Part shown: positions 1-13,760 of the stretch, one piece after another | Layout: each line of letters starts with the position of its first letter | Numbering within the stretch: position 1 is the stretch's first letter | Assembly: GCF_009914755.1 (NCBI RefSeq) | Contig: NC_060931.1 | Source: the human T2T-CHM13v2.0 reference genome, Homo sapiens | DNA length: 64,000 nucleotides | Direction: 5' to 3' (one strand) | Translations under genes and position numbers: made by a program | The notes under the pieces: model-generated | Seen by the model: only the letters and a program-made list of their open reading frames with translations | The model's database searches: none | Told to the model about the DNA's origin: nothing

Positions 1-1499
1 TGCAGAAATACCAAAGCCCACTAAATCCTTTCTACCAGGAAACATTAATGATAATTTTAAACAATATTATTAAAATGGAAAAATAAACCTGGATTATTAA
101 AAAATTTATATTCTAAAATACCCAACAATATACATGTGGAGAATTATACAGGGGTTTATTAAGTGTTTATCGAACCCACTACAGGTATAAAAATTTGTAT
201 AAATGCTGTTTCTCCTGCATATTTATTTGTGCAAACATTTTAAAACAATTTAGACTTAAAATTTCTAAAGTCAGTTTTCCTTACTTTCCATTTGCTTAAA
301 ATTTTAATAAAATGTAATGCTTTAAATTAGTTTAGTACTATTTCTTACCAAAGCTATCTTTACAACTTTTAAAATAAGCTTTCAAAAGTATATTTTTATC
401 AGTAAGCTGTGCTCTTTTGTTGACAAAAAAAGAAATCAAATATGAATAGGAATGAATAAAATTGGAACTCAGAACAGTTAACACTTGAATGGTTTATAAA
501 TTTCATGTTTTTCCTCCAATATTGTGAAATACATCATTCATCTAAGTATCTCACAACATGGGGTAACAAGTCATATTATGAAATGCTACAATGAAGAACA
601 AATTTTATGAAGTATAAGTGTGTAAGTCAGTTGGTAGCATTGTAGTTTATATAATGGATGAGGAAAGGTGTTTCAAATCTTTTAGGCTTTCATACCCTCA
701 GTCTGTCATTTACTAATACAAAATAAAAAAATCAAAGCAATATGCAGAGAGAAAAAGATAGAGACTGCTCCTAATGTCTATGAATGAATTACCTGAACAT
801 TGAATTGCATAAGATCTGATATTTCTCTTTAAAACTATTCATTCACCTGTAATGAACCTTTAATAATATGAGGCTTCCGGTAAGAAATAAGACAATAGCA
901 GGAGAGGAAAACATTCCTTTGGTAAATGAGGCAGAGGATAAATTAAAATTCCTTAGTTTCACATTTTGAAGTCTAAATACTGTCTCTAACCTTGGTGTTA
1001 CTATAGAGTCTTTCATCAAAATGCTTCGCGGTGTTCTATGAACACACCTTGCTTGCGTTATTATCAGTGTGTACTCTTCTCTTCAATGCCCTTACCCTTC
1101 TTTGATGTGCCTTTTCGAGAGTTTCTTTTTTCATGAAACTTTTCAGATAATTGCAACGTACTGTGATTCCTCCATTTGTGGAATTCGTGGAAATTACTTA
1201 CTTCCATTTCCTTCTCCTTAGTATCCGTTTTCTTTGGCAAGACCAAGCCTAAAGGCAAACAAGAAATATCCACATGCAAATAAAACAAAAAAAAATTACA
1301 TACCACGACACGCACACATTTCAAATCTCTGTTTGCATCAAGACCCTATTGACTCCACATATACCATAGGATGTTTCTATCACTTCAGAACTTTCCTTGT
1401 TCCCATTTCTAGGCAAACACATACAAACACACACAGGCACATGCATGAACACATCCACAAACACTGTTCTGATTTTTTTCCATGTTAGTTTTGCTTTTA

Positions 1500-2900
<1,401 letters not shown>

Positions 2901-3012
2901 TGAAGTCAATGAAGAGGGATTCAAAATGAATGATACAAGTTTCAACCTCATGGAGGTTGAAAAAGAAGAGAATATTGAACTCAAAATTAGCTGAAGGAAG
3001 AAAATAATAAAG

Positions 3013-3426
3013 GTATATTAGTCAGCTTGGACTGCCATAATAAAATACAGTAGACTGCGTGGCTTAAACAACAGAAATTTATTTCTCACAGCTCTGGAGC
3101 CTGGAAGTCCCCCATCAAGGTGCCAGCCAATTTGGTTCCTGGTGAAGGCTGCTTAGTGGCTTGTAGGTAGCCACCATTTTGTTGTGTGCTGACACTGTCT
3201 TCCTTGTTGGATGAGAACACAGAGAGCGAAAATGAGAGAGAGGGAGAAGGCAAGCTCCCTGGAATCTCTTCCTCTAGGGACACAAATCCTATCACAGAGC
3301 CCCACCTTCATGGCCTCATCTAATCCTAATTACCTGCCAAAGGCCTCACCACCAAACACCATCACATAAGACATTAGAACTTCAACATACACATTTTGGA
3401 GGAACACACACATTCAGCCTACAACA
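3013..3426 (-). mobile_element. MaLR solo LTR, MLT1A-like
   Basis: gtatattagtcagcttggactgccataataaaatac...ggcttaaacaacagaaatttatttctcacag matches the reverse complement of the MLT1 3' end. Ends cacattcagcctacaaca. Confidence 0.75.
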
Positions 3427-3734
3427 AAAGGTAAAAACAGAAATCAATAAAACAAAAAATGAACAAAATATTTAAAAAACTTCCAAAGCCAAATTTGGTC
3501 ATTTGAAAAGACAAAGTTGACAAAATCCTAGCAAAACTGATTATGAAAAAAAAAAAAAAATTAAGGCGAGAAAAAAGGGGAAAAGACCAGTTACAAATAT
3601 CAGCAATAGGCATCAGAATATCATGACATACGTGAGAGTCATAGGATAATAATATGAACATTTTAGGACTAAAATTTCAACATCTTAGATTAAATGGACA
3701 CAAATTTTAAAAGACACAATTTGGTACACTTATT

Positions 3735-4961
3735 TTATTTGTTTTCTATTGATGTGTAACAAATTACCATAAATTTGTTGGCTTAAAACAACATACTTTT
3801 ATTTCACAATTTCCACGGATCAGGAGTCAAGGTACAGATTACCTAGGTCAGGTAGGTGCCCATGCTCTGCTGATGCGTTGAAGCTCTCTGCTTTCTTCTT
3901 CTCTGTCGTCTAGTCCCACTTTTAAAGGGTTTATGTAACTACGTCAGCACCCCACCCCCAGCCCAGTAATACGGGAAGGGGGCAGGGAAGTGCTGGGTAG
4001 AGAAGGTTGGGGTCCCTGGCGAGGGCTGCACCCTAGGGCCTGTGACCAAGGACCTAAGTAAGAACAGGCACTCCTGTTTTTTATGCCTGAATGTTGCATT
4101 TTCCAAGACCACCCTGGCCCGCCACTCCCCCCATTCCTGTGCCCATATAAACCCAAGACCTTAGCAGGCACACACACAAGTGGCTGAATGTCACGTGGAG
4201 CAGAGGAACCCAGTGACAGACAGCAGCCAGGAGGGGCGGGGGGGTATGGCAGAGAAGGAGGGAAGAGGAGTCTGAACGTTGAGAGGAGTTCGGCCAAGAA
4301 CAGCTGAACTCCAGGAGAAGATTATCTCCCCCACTCCCCCACCTTCTGGATCCCCATCCATCTCACTGAGAGCCAGCACTCAATAAAACCTTGCACTCAT
4401 CCTTTGAGCCTGCATGAGATCCGATTCTGGGACACTGGGCAAGAGGTCAGGATACTGAAGGCTGTCACACTGGCCCTCTGCCCCTGCGATAAGACAGAGG
4501 GTCCATTGAGCTGATTAACATTCAAGCTGCCTGTGGACTGCAAAGCTGAAAGAGCTTTGTAACGCTGGGGCTGTGGGCACACACCCCTAGACACTACTGC
4601 AAGACAGACAGCCCAAAGCACTCTCCATGGACTCTGCACCTGCCTGTCTGCATGCTCGCCCTAGTGGTTTCAGCTTAGGGGCAACTAAACAGGCCAGTCA
4701 CACTGCTGTCAAACATCTTGCAAGGGGAATCAGGAAACTCTCCCATTTCACTAGGAAAGTCTCCCTTTTGACTATCATAAAGTCAAATAATTAAAAGCCT
4801 TAATTGTATCTGTAAAATTATTTCACTCCTGCCATATAAAATAACTTAGTAACAGGAGCGATATCCAATTATACTCACATATCCTTCTCACACTTAAAGA
4901 AGTAGGGACTGTACACTTGGGAGCGAGAATCTCAGAGTCATCTTAGAGTTCTGCCTCCTAC
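3735..4961 (-). mobile_element. MaLR LTR (MLT1D/E/F-like), split by LTR1
   Basis: gtaacaaattaccataaatttgttggcttaaaacaaca at the left. Resumes after 4750 (ggaaagtctcccttt...ttagagttctgcctcctaca). Confidence 0.6.
3967..4750 (+). mobile_element. ERV1 solo LTR, LTR1 family
   Basis: Starts taatacgggaagggggcagggaagtgctgggtagagaagg and ends caggaaactctcccatttca. TATA-like catataaa near 4144, AATAAA at 4382. 4-bp flanks ccag/ctag (near-TSD). Confidence 0.75.
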
Positions 4962-5329
4962 ACTGACAGAAAACATCTGGAGAACCGTATTTCATGAAAA
5001 AATATGGAATTAATTATCAAAAACTTTTTCAAACCAAACACTCCAGTTCAAGATGACTTTACTGGTGAAGCTTAATCAACATATAAATAATAAATAATAA
5101 CAACTTTGAACATACAGTTTCAAAAAGTGAGTAAGGAGGAAAACTATCAAATTATTGTAGGGCTGGCCAGCATAATCCTGACACCAGAATCTCATAAAGA
5201 TATCACCAAAAAAGCATTTGTCAATATCTTACATTAAAATAATCATAAATTACATGTCCAAATAACGAATCAAACGTGATAATATCGATTTGATTGCAGT
5301 ATTTTATAACATGTTCTAATATCTGCTTA

Positions 5330-6000
5330 GACAACCTCTATTTCTAGTCTTCAAATTTTCCTTGTCTATTCTTAGGCATTTATTTTCCATACAATATTTA
5401 ATATAATCGTATCAAATTCCAGAGGAATTTTGCTTTTCCTAAATGGCTTTTCCTACTTGGAATTATGGCCTTTCCTACTTGGAATTATGTTAAATTAACA
5501 CATTAAATTTGGGAGAGTTGAAATTTTCATGTTTTGGATTTTACTTTTAAAAATATCATATGGGCATTTATTTGTTTGCTTTCATAAACCTTTATAGATT
5601 AAGTAATGGTGTTCTTTTATCCTGATAAACTATGTTATAATTTTGTGAACATTAGAAATGGAATTTTCTTTCTACTTCATTTTGTTAATTTTAATTTTTG
5701 AACTAAGGAGCATTATAATTTTTATATTTATATTTTATCCTGTTAATTCATTAATCAACTTATTCTCATTTTCCTAGATAAACAAGTCTATCAAAAGAAT
5801 AAAAACAATAGTGGAAAAAACTTCATCTACTTTTTTCCAAAGTTTGTAGCAGTTTCTTGACCCATTGTATTTGCTGTCATCTTCAACACAGTATTTGAAG
5901 CCAGTATACATGAAAGGCTTCTGTCTCTATTTCTTATATAAAAGAAAAAAATTCATTTTGTTATTGTGGATAGTAAGGGATGTTTGTGTTTGGTTATTAA
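5330..6000 (-). mobile_element. Old L1M fragment, probable continuation of the 1500-2900 element
   Basis: Reverse complement resembles the ORF2 segment encoding KFIWN..RIAK.IL (tgtatggaaaataaatgcctaagaatagacaaggaaaatttgaa). Confidence 0.5.
5443..5486. repeat. 22-bp tandem duplication (1 mismatch)
   Basis: atggcttttcctacttggaatt followed by atggcctttcctacttggaatt. Confidence 0.9.
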
Positions 6001-7999
6001 TTATGTAAAGTTCTATCACTATGATAAAATGATCAGAAAAAATGTTAAATGGCTAGGTGTTATTTTTTACAGACCAAATCAAAGTTTGCAAAGCATATGT
6101 AAATAAGAGAAAAAGACATTATATTTGAAAAAAAATAATTGTTAAAAGATGGAGCCCACAAAATATCCTTTCTTACTCTTTGTGTACATTAAGGGCATTT
6201 AGTGTTTTCATTCTCCTAAATAACATCATATGCATATTTCTACTCCAGCTTTTCATAAAATACTCTTGTAAGTATGAAGGATTAATCAAGAGAAGGAAAT
6301 GTCAACGTCCTTTACACACTAATGCAATAGGGGAAAAGTGAATACAAAGCAATAATATGCTTAAATATCTTAATTTGACATTTATCAGAAGCCTGACTCT
6401 GTGAGAAGTAGAGAAATGTTCAAGAGCACAACTAATATTCCCTTATTTGAAGGAAGATAGCAGTGATAATATAAACTAGCACAGACCAAATGGAATGTAA
6501 ATGGTGTAGAAAGAAAAAATTATTGGGATGTAGAGGAAATAATAAGGCATCAGGATGTATTGTGACTTAAACTGAACCCTGATGAAAGGGTGAAATTGGA
6601 TGAGTGGTTGTCAAGCTGTGAGAAAATCCTTGTGGGCTTGTTGCCTTGTTTTGATCAACATGAAAACGTTGTCTTCGCAATAGCTAAAGACACACATGGT
6701 TCCATATCTGGAGGACAAAAGATATGATTGAACCTATTGGAACAGATTATGTCACAAGGAATAGCAAGAAGAGAAAATTGCTGGATATAAAAGGAAGAAG
6801 GTTAAGTAAATTAGGCACTTGTTAAGTGTAAAAATAACATTATATATATTGTCCTTACAAGAGGAAAAGGCAGTTAATTTCACTTAATTCCTAGGATTCT
6901 TCCTAAAAAATATAAGGTTTGCTTCTTGGAATATACAGGCTTTGTCTCAGAACTAAATGTGAGCGATTTTGCAGTGAGCAGTTCTCCTTCAACAACATCA
7001 TGGTGCACCCAAGCAAAGTGAAGTATCTATGGACAGATTTACAGACACTGAGGCATATTTATACTATAATAATGATTGAGCTGTTGGCTTGCTAATGACT
7101 TCAAAAGTTTTTAAGTCTTTCTTCAGTGTGCCAGCCAAAAATATCGTTATTTGGAAGCTCATTGTCAATAGAATTAAGTTAAGAATCAGTTAACTTAGTT
7201 GTGTGTGACTTCCGTGAACACTACCAAATGTGCAGAGCAGCAGATTCTTCAAGGGTTAACTTTTACATGCTGCCTGTATGATCTATAGATGTTCTTTAAA
7301 GAATCAAATATGTCTTTATCTTCTCTTAGAAGATAAAGGATAAATCATAATTGTTTTATAAGTACTATATATGTGAATTAGCTTATGAGAAACTCCTCCG
7401 CCAAGAATAATGAATGAGGTCCTTATTTCACAAGAAGATCTCAAAAAATAAGAAGAAAGAAAGATGTTGAACAGTCGTTTTTAAATTGTATACTTGCTAT
7501 ATATACGCAAAGGATAGAATGGAATATTTCCTTTAAGAAGAATAAAATATGCTCGATGATCTTGGACCTCTATTCCCAAAAGATATATTGTACCAAGAGC
7601 GAAGTGGTGGCAAACTAGCAAGAGTTGATGTGGATGAATTTTAACCCATTCTAGATAAACATGGGGAAGGTGGAGGGAGCATAGAGAAAGTTTGGAAGTC
7701 AGCTGAAGATGTTAGAGATGCAAAACCAGAGGTGAGTAGAGCAAAATCATGAAAGTTTTGACTCTAATGGCGAGGATATAAAAATTACCTGGACAGTAAA
7801 TGGTGGTATTAATAAATTCATGCCTTCTGTAATCCTTGGGACCCTCTTAATTTTTTCGTCTTGTTCCTCCTTTTCAACAACTGGCTAATTCTTCTTTCCA
7901 GATAAGGGAGGATGAGGGTTTGGCTGGCAGTGGTCAAGGCGGATAGTAAAATGCAAAAAAAAAAAAGGAAGTTGGGAGTGTTGTCCTGGTCATTCTCTT

Positions 8000-8330
8000 C
8001 TCATTAACCTGCATAGCATAATTAAATGGTTCTCACCATTCAGATCTCAACTCTAAGTTCACTCCCTCAATGTGACAAGTGACTAGGTCTCTATAACTTG
8101 CTGTATGAATTCTAACATTCTGTCATTGCAAAGGCAATGATCTATTATAGGATGATCTATTATAGTTACAGTTTGTATTTTGGGTAACCTTTTGACCAAT
8201 GTCTTTCTGCCTCTTTAGTCAATATGCTCTTTGAGAGTAGAAAGCATGCTTCTTCTGCTTAGCACCTCATGTAACACCGGACTTATAGTAGGTACCCAAA
8301 TATTTTTGAACAAAAAAATGAATGTAGCAG
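8000..8330 (+). mobile_element. L2 3' fragment
   Basis: cattcagatctcaactctaag..., tttgagagtagaaagcatg, tagtaggtacccaaatatttttgaa...atgaatg tail. Confidence 0.5.
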
Positions 8331-8819
8331 TGAAATTCCATGAGAAGCATTTAGACTTGTTTTTTATAATGTATAAACTTTTCTATTGATAAAGTACTGA
8401 ATAAAATTGAAAATATAAATCTCCCATACTCAGAATGGAACTTGAAAGTATGGTCAGAGATGACTGATGAACAGAATTTCTTTTAATTTAAACATTTCTT
8501 TTTTGCTTGTTGTGGTTTCCATTTTATCTAAATAAAAGTGATAATTCAACTTACATGTGTAGTTTCAAAATAAATAAATTGCCATACTCTAAAAAGTATT
8601 AAAAAGGAATGTAGAATGAGACAATAAATGAATCGAGAGTGTAACTTGGAAAAGTGTTCACATTTAGGGTAATGGAGAAAAAAGATAACAGTTGGAAAGG
8701 AGATAAGAAAGAAATATTAAACAGTGAATATAATAACAAGACAATTGTGTAACATCATTAATCAAAGAGGAAACATCTGAGATCTTATTAACTTCACAAA
8801 AAGGCAAAGAAAATAAGTG

Positions 8820-9010
8820 TTCATTGAGCACCTGCTACTTGCTGTGCTTTGCAAGCAGTTTAGTACAACTTATGTCTCATGATTACTATTCTTTTTTTTT
8901 TATCAGATGAGGTAGCCACTTGTGAGAAAACTTAAATAATTTGCTTGCTGCGATAAAGCGAGTAGACTATGAATTTTAAAGTCAGACTTAGGTTCAACCA
9001 GAACTCATTG
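8820..9010 (-). mobile_element. MIR
   Basis: cattgagcacctgctact...tttatcagatgagg...ttaaataatttgc, the MIR core in reverse orientation. Confidence 0.5.
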
Positions 9011-9350
9011 TCATGGACATTCTATCTCTTTTTAAAGATTATGCAGTTCTATAATATTTCAAAAAACTTAATAAAATCCTTATCAACTCCTGTAAGAACA
9101 ACACTTCCAAAAAAGGATATACAGCTGCTGTGTTTATAGAGATTCATAGGAAAATAAATAGATCAACAGAAGGTAATTTACTGTGTGGAAACTTGGAAAG
9201 GAAAGGGCCTGTGCCTCATTCCTTTCCTACTGGGGAAGCTTAGGAAATGAGCAACCTCAACCAGTTCTCATTTGTAAACATGCTATTAACCTTGGCCCAG
9301 CATCTCTTACTAACCTGATACTGTACTTACATAGAAAAGAGGAGTCCCAG

Positions 9351-9660
9351 GGCCGGACGTGGTGGCTCATGCCTGTCATCCCAGAACTTTGGGAAGCCAT
9401 GGTGGGTGGATCACTTGAGGTCTGGAGTTTGAGACCAGCCTGGCCAACATGGCAAAACCCTATCTCTACTAAAAATAAAAAAATTACCTGGGTGTGGTGG
9501 CACATGCCTGTAATCCCAGCTACTCAGGAGGCTGACACAGGAGAATCACTTGAATCCAGGAGGCAGAGGTTGCAGTAGTGAGCGGAGATCTCGCCACTGC
9601 ACTCCAGCCTGGGTAACAGAGTGAGACACTGCCTCAAAAAAAAAAAAAAAAAAAAAAAAA
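9351..9660 (+). mobile_element. AluS (Sx/Sz-like), full length
   Basis: ggccggacgtggtggctcatgcc...ggatcacttgaggtc...gagaatcacttgaa, A25 tail, flanked on both sides by ggagtcc (TSD remnant). Confidence 0.9.
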
Positions 9661-12029
9661 GGAGTCCTTATGTAATAAATAGTTATATCAGGATATATCC
9701 AGTATCCAGACAGCCCAGATTGCAATATTGTAAATGAACCTGCCATTGTCAATTTATGCTGCAGGGCTGCCTGGAGACTGGGAGCTAGTGAGTTGTACAA
9801 TTAACAGAGTATAAAAAGATGTTTCCCCCAAATTAAAGTGGAATCTTTTGTGAGCTATATTCTTATGTATCTGTTCCAAAAAATTCTGTTATTCTGAAAA
9901 CAAAAGGTGTTCTAAGAAAAAAGAAAGTGGACATTTTGACGTGTTGTTGTCTGACAGTTTCAGCCTCTTCTAGGAAAGGCTGTTTCATCTGTATTTGTTT
10001 GCGGTATTATTAGTAAAGATTGGTGCTGGGTAATAGCTGTGATTACTACGAATCTGCTTTGAGGATTTAAATGTTTGTGCTATTACAGAAATCAAAAGGA
10101 AAAGTGAAGAGGAGAGAGAATACTGACAAGAGGGGAGATGGCAGGACAAATATCCTAGGAGTCCTGCTTTCCATGATCAGCTAAGTATACACAGGTGAAG
10201 CATCCAAAAAATGTTCAATAAAAATGTTTAAAAGCAACTCATTAGGCTGACATTTCCCTTATATACTCTGTGTAAATGTGAGCCTTTTAAGTACAAATAA
10301 CTTATTTGATGGGAAATTTAGTTATTATATTAAAATTAAATGTTTACTCTGCATATGCAAAGCTTTCCAGTGACTTCCAGAAATAACATACTTGCTCGCA
10401 ATATGTGACTCTGGTAATGAAAATAAGTTTTTAAAATAATATCTTCCTATAAGTGAGATTCTCCCAATACTTGAGTTTAACACTCTGCAGGCAAAACTTT
10501 TCGAAACTTCAGGGTCAGTTTATTTTGATGACTAAGGAACTAACCCTTCTATAAGAACGGAATTATTCCAGAAGTGTAAAACAGATGTACTTCCAAATAG
10601 CCAACATAGTAAAGAAATAAGCACATAAATGTCAGGGAGATTACCAAATTCTAGCCATAGCAATGTGATTCTTGATGTTAACTAGTTTATAGAAAAATGA
10701 ACTCAGTTTATTTTGTGCTAAATAGTCTCCTAATCTTTGTTTAAAATCATTAACCAATTTTAGATTTAAAAATCCCTATAGAGCTATTCCTGCCCTCCCT
10801 ACCACTCTTCAGCTGTGCATGATGTATAAATGCTTTCATCTGAGAAACACCTCAGTGGCAAAACCATTTGCAATTCACAGCATCTGCCTTAATGGTTTAT
10901 TACTGGGGGCTAATATTTAAAACAATTGCTATTTTGTGCAGTGCTTTACTACACCACTTGGAATGTTTCTCCTGATAGATAAGTAAAGGGACAATTTTCA
11001 GTATCTCTACTTTAACTCCAGGGTCCCCAAAAGTGAATTTGGCATATGTCATGTAGCCTGTATTTCACAGAAGACTTCCTTAAAATGGAGTCTCCAAATT
11101 TGTTGAAAAAATCCACCCATATTATTGCATGATAACAATAATAAACAGAATGAACTATTTTGCTTATATCTTGCAATAATTTTAGCTTCACCAGTACTTT
11201 TGATGTTTATTATTGCTGATTATTTTATAGAATTTTAACTTCTAACTGGAAAAGTTTTGAAAATATGTATATTTGCTGTTAAGTTTTAAAATAAGATTAA
11301 GGTGGACAGTAAAATGGATTCATAGTAATGAACACCTTCTGTTATAAACAATAATATGGAGTCACCTATTCCAATTTGTGTTTTTGTAGGAATGTAGGAA
11401 GCTTTGGTGTGTAATAGATACCCCTTAGGTCACTTGTCCATTTTTGGCACAGCGTGATCTTATCAACTAGATCTTCATTATATGGAATGTAAAACTTTTA
11501 TGAGCCTGAAATGGAATTCTGCTTGTATAACACTTGTGATTACAGCAAACTGATTACAGTGTCTTCACATATCCCTGGACTCATTAATCTCAGAATTTGA
11601 GAGATTTGAGAAACTATAGTTCGATCCCCTCATCTATGGTAAGAATCCTTCCATAACAACTCCAACAGATGTCACTAAGCTTCTAGTTTAACACGTTCAT
11701 GTTAGAAAAATAACCAAGTCCCAAGGAATTATATTATTTTGTGGGAAAATTATAATGGTTAAAGTGCACTGGTTTTTTTTTTAATGTTAAGAAATTTGTA
11801 TTCTGTTAATTTTGTCACTTGAATAGTTCTACATTACTGTATAAGATCACCTGAATCTAACTTCTTCATTTATAACAGACCCAGTATATCTCAACTGGCT
11901 CTCTCTCCCTACCTCCCTCCCTCTCTCCCTCTGTTACCTGTAGCCATTAAAATCCTATTTAATACAGAGTCATCCTATCCTTAAGACTCATAGAACCCAC
12001 TTCATAGGCTTGGAAAATCATTCTTCCAG

Positions 12030-12220
12030 TTTCTTAATGATACTTAGAGAACCAGCGCTTGATGACTACACATCTTTGTAGTCATGTGGATTAATCTTTT
12101 TGTATCTTAGTTTTACCAATAAAATATGGTGATTATAATAGTCCATATTATTATTTTAGGATAGACTATTAATAATATAGAAAAGAAAATGCCTAGGGAT
12201 TAGACAGTGTGCTGAATGAG
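12030..12220 (+). mobile_element. MIR (degenerate)
   Basis: ttaatctttttgtatcttagtttt...aaaatatggtgattataatagtcc, MIR core-like. Confidence 0.45.
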
Positions 12221-12329
12221 CTAATACTCATGCAATCACATTGGGATCTTTGTGACAAGTCTATTGATCTGTGAATCATCAGGTAGCATTTGTAAAAATA
12301 TTCAAATATTAACAGTTAACAAATTCATT

Positions 12330-12800
12330 ACCTATTTATTGAAGATCCACTAAACTTCAGTGAGTTTTATAGATGGTAGGGATAAGAAAGTGAGTAAGAA
12401 ATCCTGTGGTCTAGCAGGCTGACTAAGACCAAACAGGCAATGACAAACACAATGAAAAGTGAGAAGTGAGACAAGGATTGCTATGTGAAGATACAGCAGG
12501 GTCATCTAGCAGAGACTGTGGAAGACGTAGACTCTTCCAGGTGAACTATTTAAAATTAATGAACAGTAAAGAATAAATCTGTTAACTAAATGAATTGAAA
12601 AAAGGCAAGATGTTTCTGTTAGGAGAAAAATTCTGTGTGAAGACTGATGATAATATACTTTATGAGACGAGTTACAGAAAGGTCATTGAGGCTGGAGAAT
12701 GGGAGAGGATAGTGGATCAGTGCTGGAGGGACACAAAGGATCCAGGTCAGAGGGACTTAGAAAGCAAGCTAAAGAATGTTGACTTTATGGGTTATGCTGG
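12330..12800 (-). mobile_element. L2 fragment
   Basis: attcatt...tatttattgaagatccacta...gggataagaaagtgagtaaga...aaggattgctatgtgaag, purine-rich reverse L2 pattern. Confidence 0.5.
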
Positions 12801-13198
12801 TATTTTCCATGCCCTCCACATACTAGGTATTATGCAACATTTAATCTTTGCTAAATTCATAGGCAAAATGTAAAATCTCCTCCTTTTTATTTTAAATGTT
12901 ATTCAGTTGTGGATAGAAGCATCTTTAGGAGAGGGCTTCATTGGCTGTGATGTATCTTTCACTATGAACTGCGTGTTCATGTTCTCCATCCCTTTAGCGA
13001 TTGCGTTGTTCATCTTTTGCTTACTGATTCTTAAGAAATTGCTGGAGATTATGAATATCAATTGTTCTTAAGGATTTTTTTCCAGTCTTTTTTTTTAAAT
13101 TTGTTACTCTTTAAAAAATGCTACCTAAAGATTTTATAATTATATAAGTACATTTGTAGCTTCATAGACTTTAAGGATGTATGCAAGGTAGAAAAATG

Positions 13199-13200
<2 letters not shown>

Positions 13201-13242
<42 letters not shown>
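13201..13242. repeat. (TG)21 microsatellite
   Basis: Perfect TG run. Confidence 0.97.
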
Positions 13243-13243
<1 letters not shown>

Positions 13244-13569
13244 TTCAAATTTTTATATGTACTTGTATAGATAGTCTAGCTACCACTTGGAGAAATAAGT
13301 GGAACGGAGCAAAACTGAAAACAGATAGACTAGTAAGAAATTTGCTGTGGTCATATCTAGATTAATGGAAGGGGTCATCTCTAACAGGAAGAACTGGAAT
13401 TATTATTAAGGATGATATTAATAGTTAAACTAAAATTAGAGTCTCTACTAAATGTATGTTTTGGTGAAGAAGCCCATCAGTAACAGCCAGTACTTTGTCT
13501 TTCAATTAATGTGTTAGTCAAATACCAGTCATGCCAATACCCTCTATAAGGAAGGAGAAGGAAATAAAC

Positions 13570-13760
13570 TTTGTTGAATCACCATGTAACATGAATTGTG
13601 TATATTCATTCATTTACTTGGTACAAGAAAACTGTGGGATTGCGATTATATCCCATATTTTTACAGATGAAGGAATTGAGGTTTATGAAGTTTAAATAAC
13701 ATTTCCAGTCATCGAAAACCAGGATATAACAGAAGATATTTGGTTCAAAACCTGAAAATT
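13570..13760 (-). mobile_element. MIR
   Basis: cccatatttttacagatgaaggaattgaggtttatgaagtttaaataac, the MIR core. Confidence 0.6.

Larger units (their letters stand above)
2960..5230 (+). mobile_element. Old L1M ORF2 fragment in three pieces (about 2960-3012, 3427-3730, 4962-5230), split by LTR insertions
   Basis: A-rich L1 ORF2-like text: aaacagaaatcaataaaac..., ttgacaaaatcctagcaaaactga, gatgactttactggtgaa, gccagcataatcctgacaccag. Confidence 0.6.

Noticed and set aside
1064-1324. 86-aa Lys/Glu-rich minus-strand ORF as a processed pseudogene
   Set aside because: No recognisable homology, poly-A tail or TSD.
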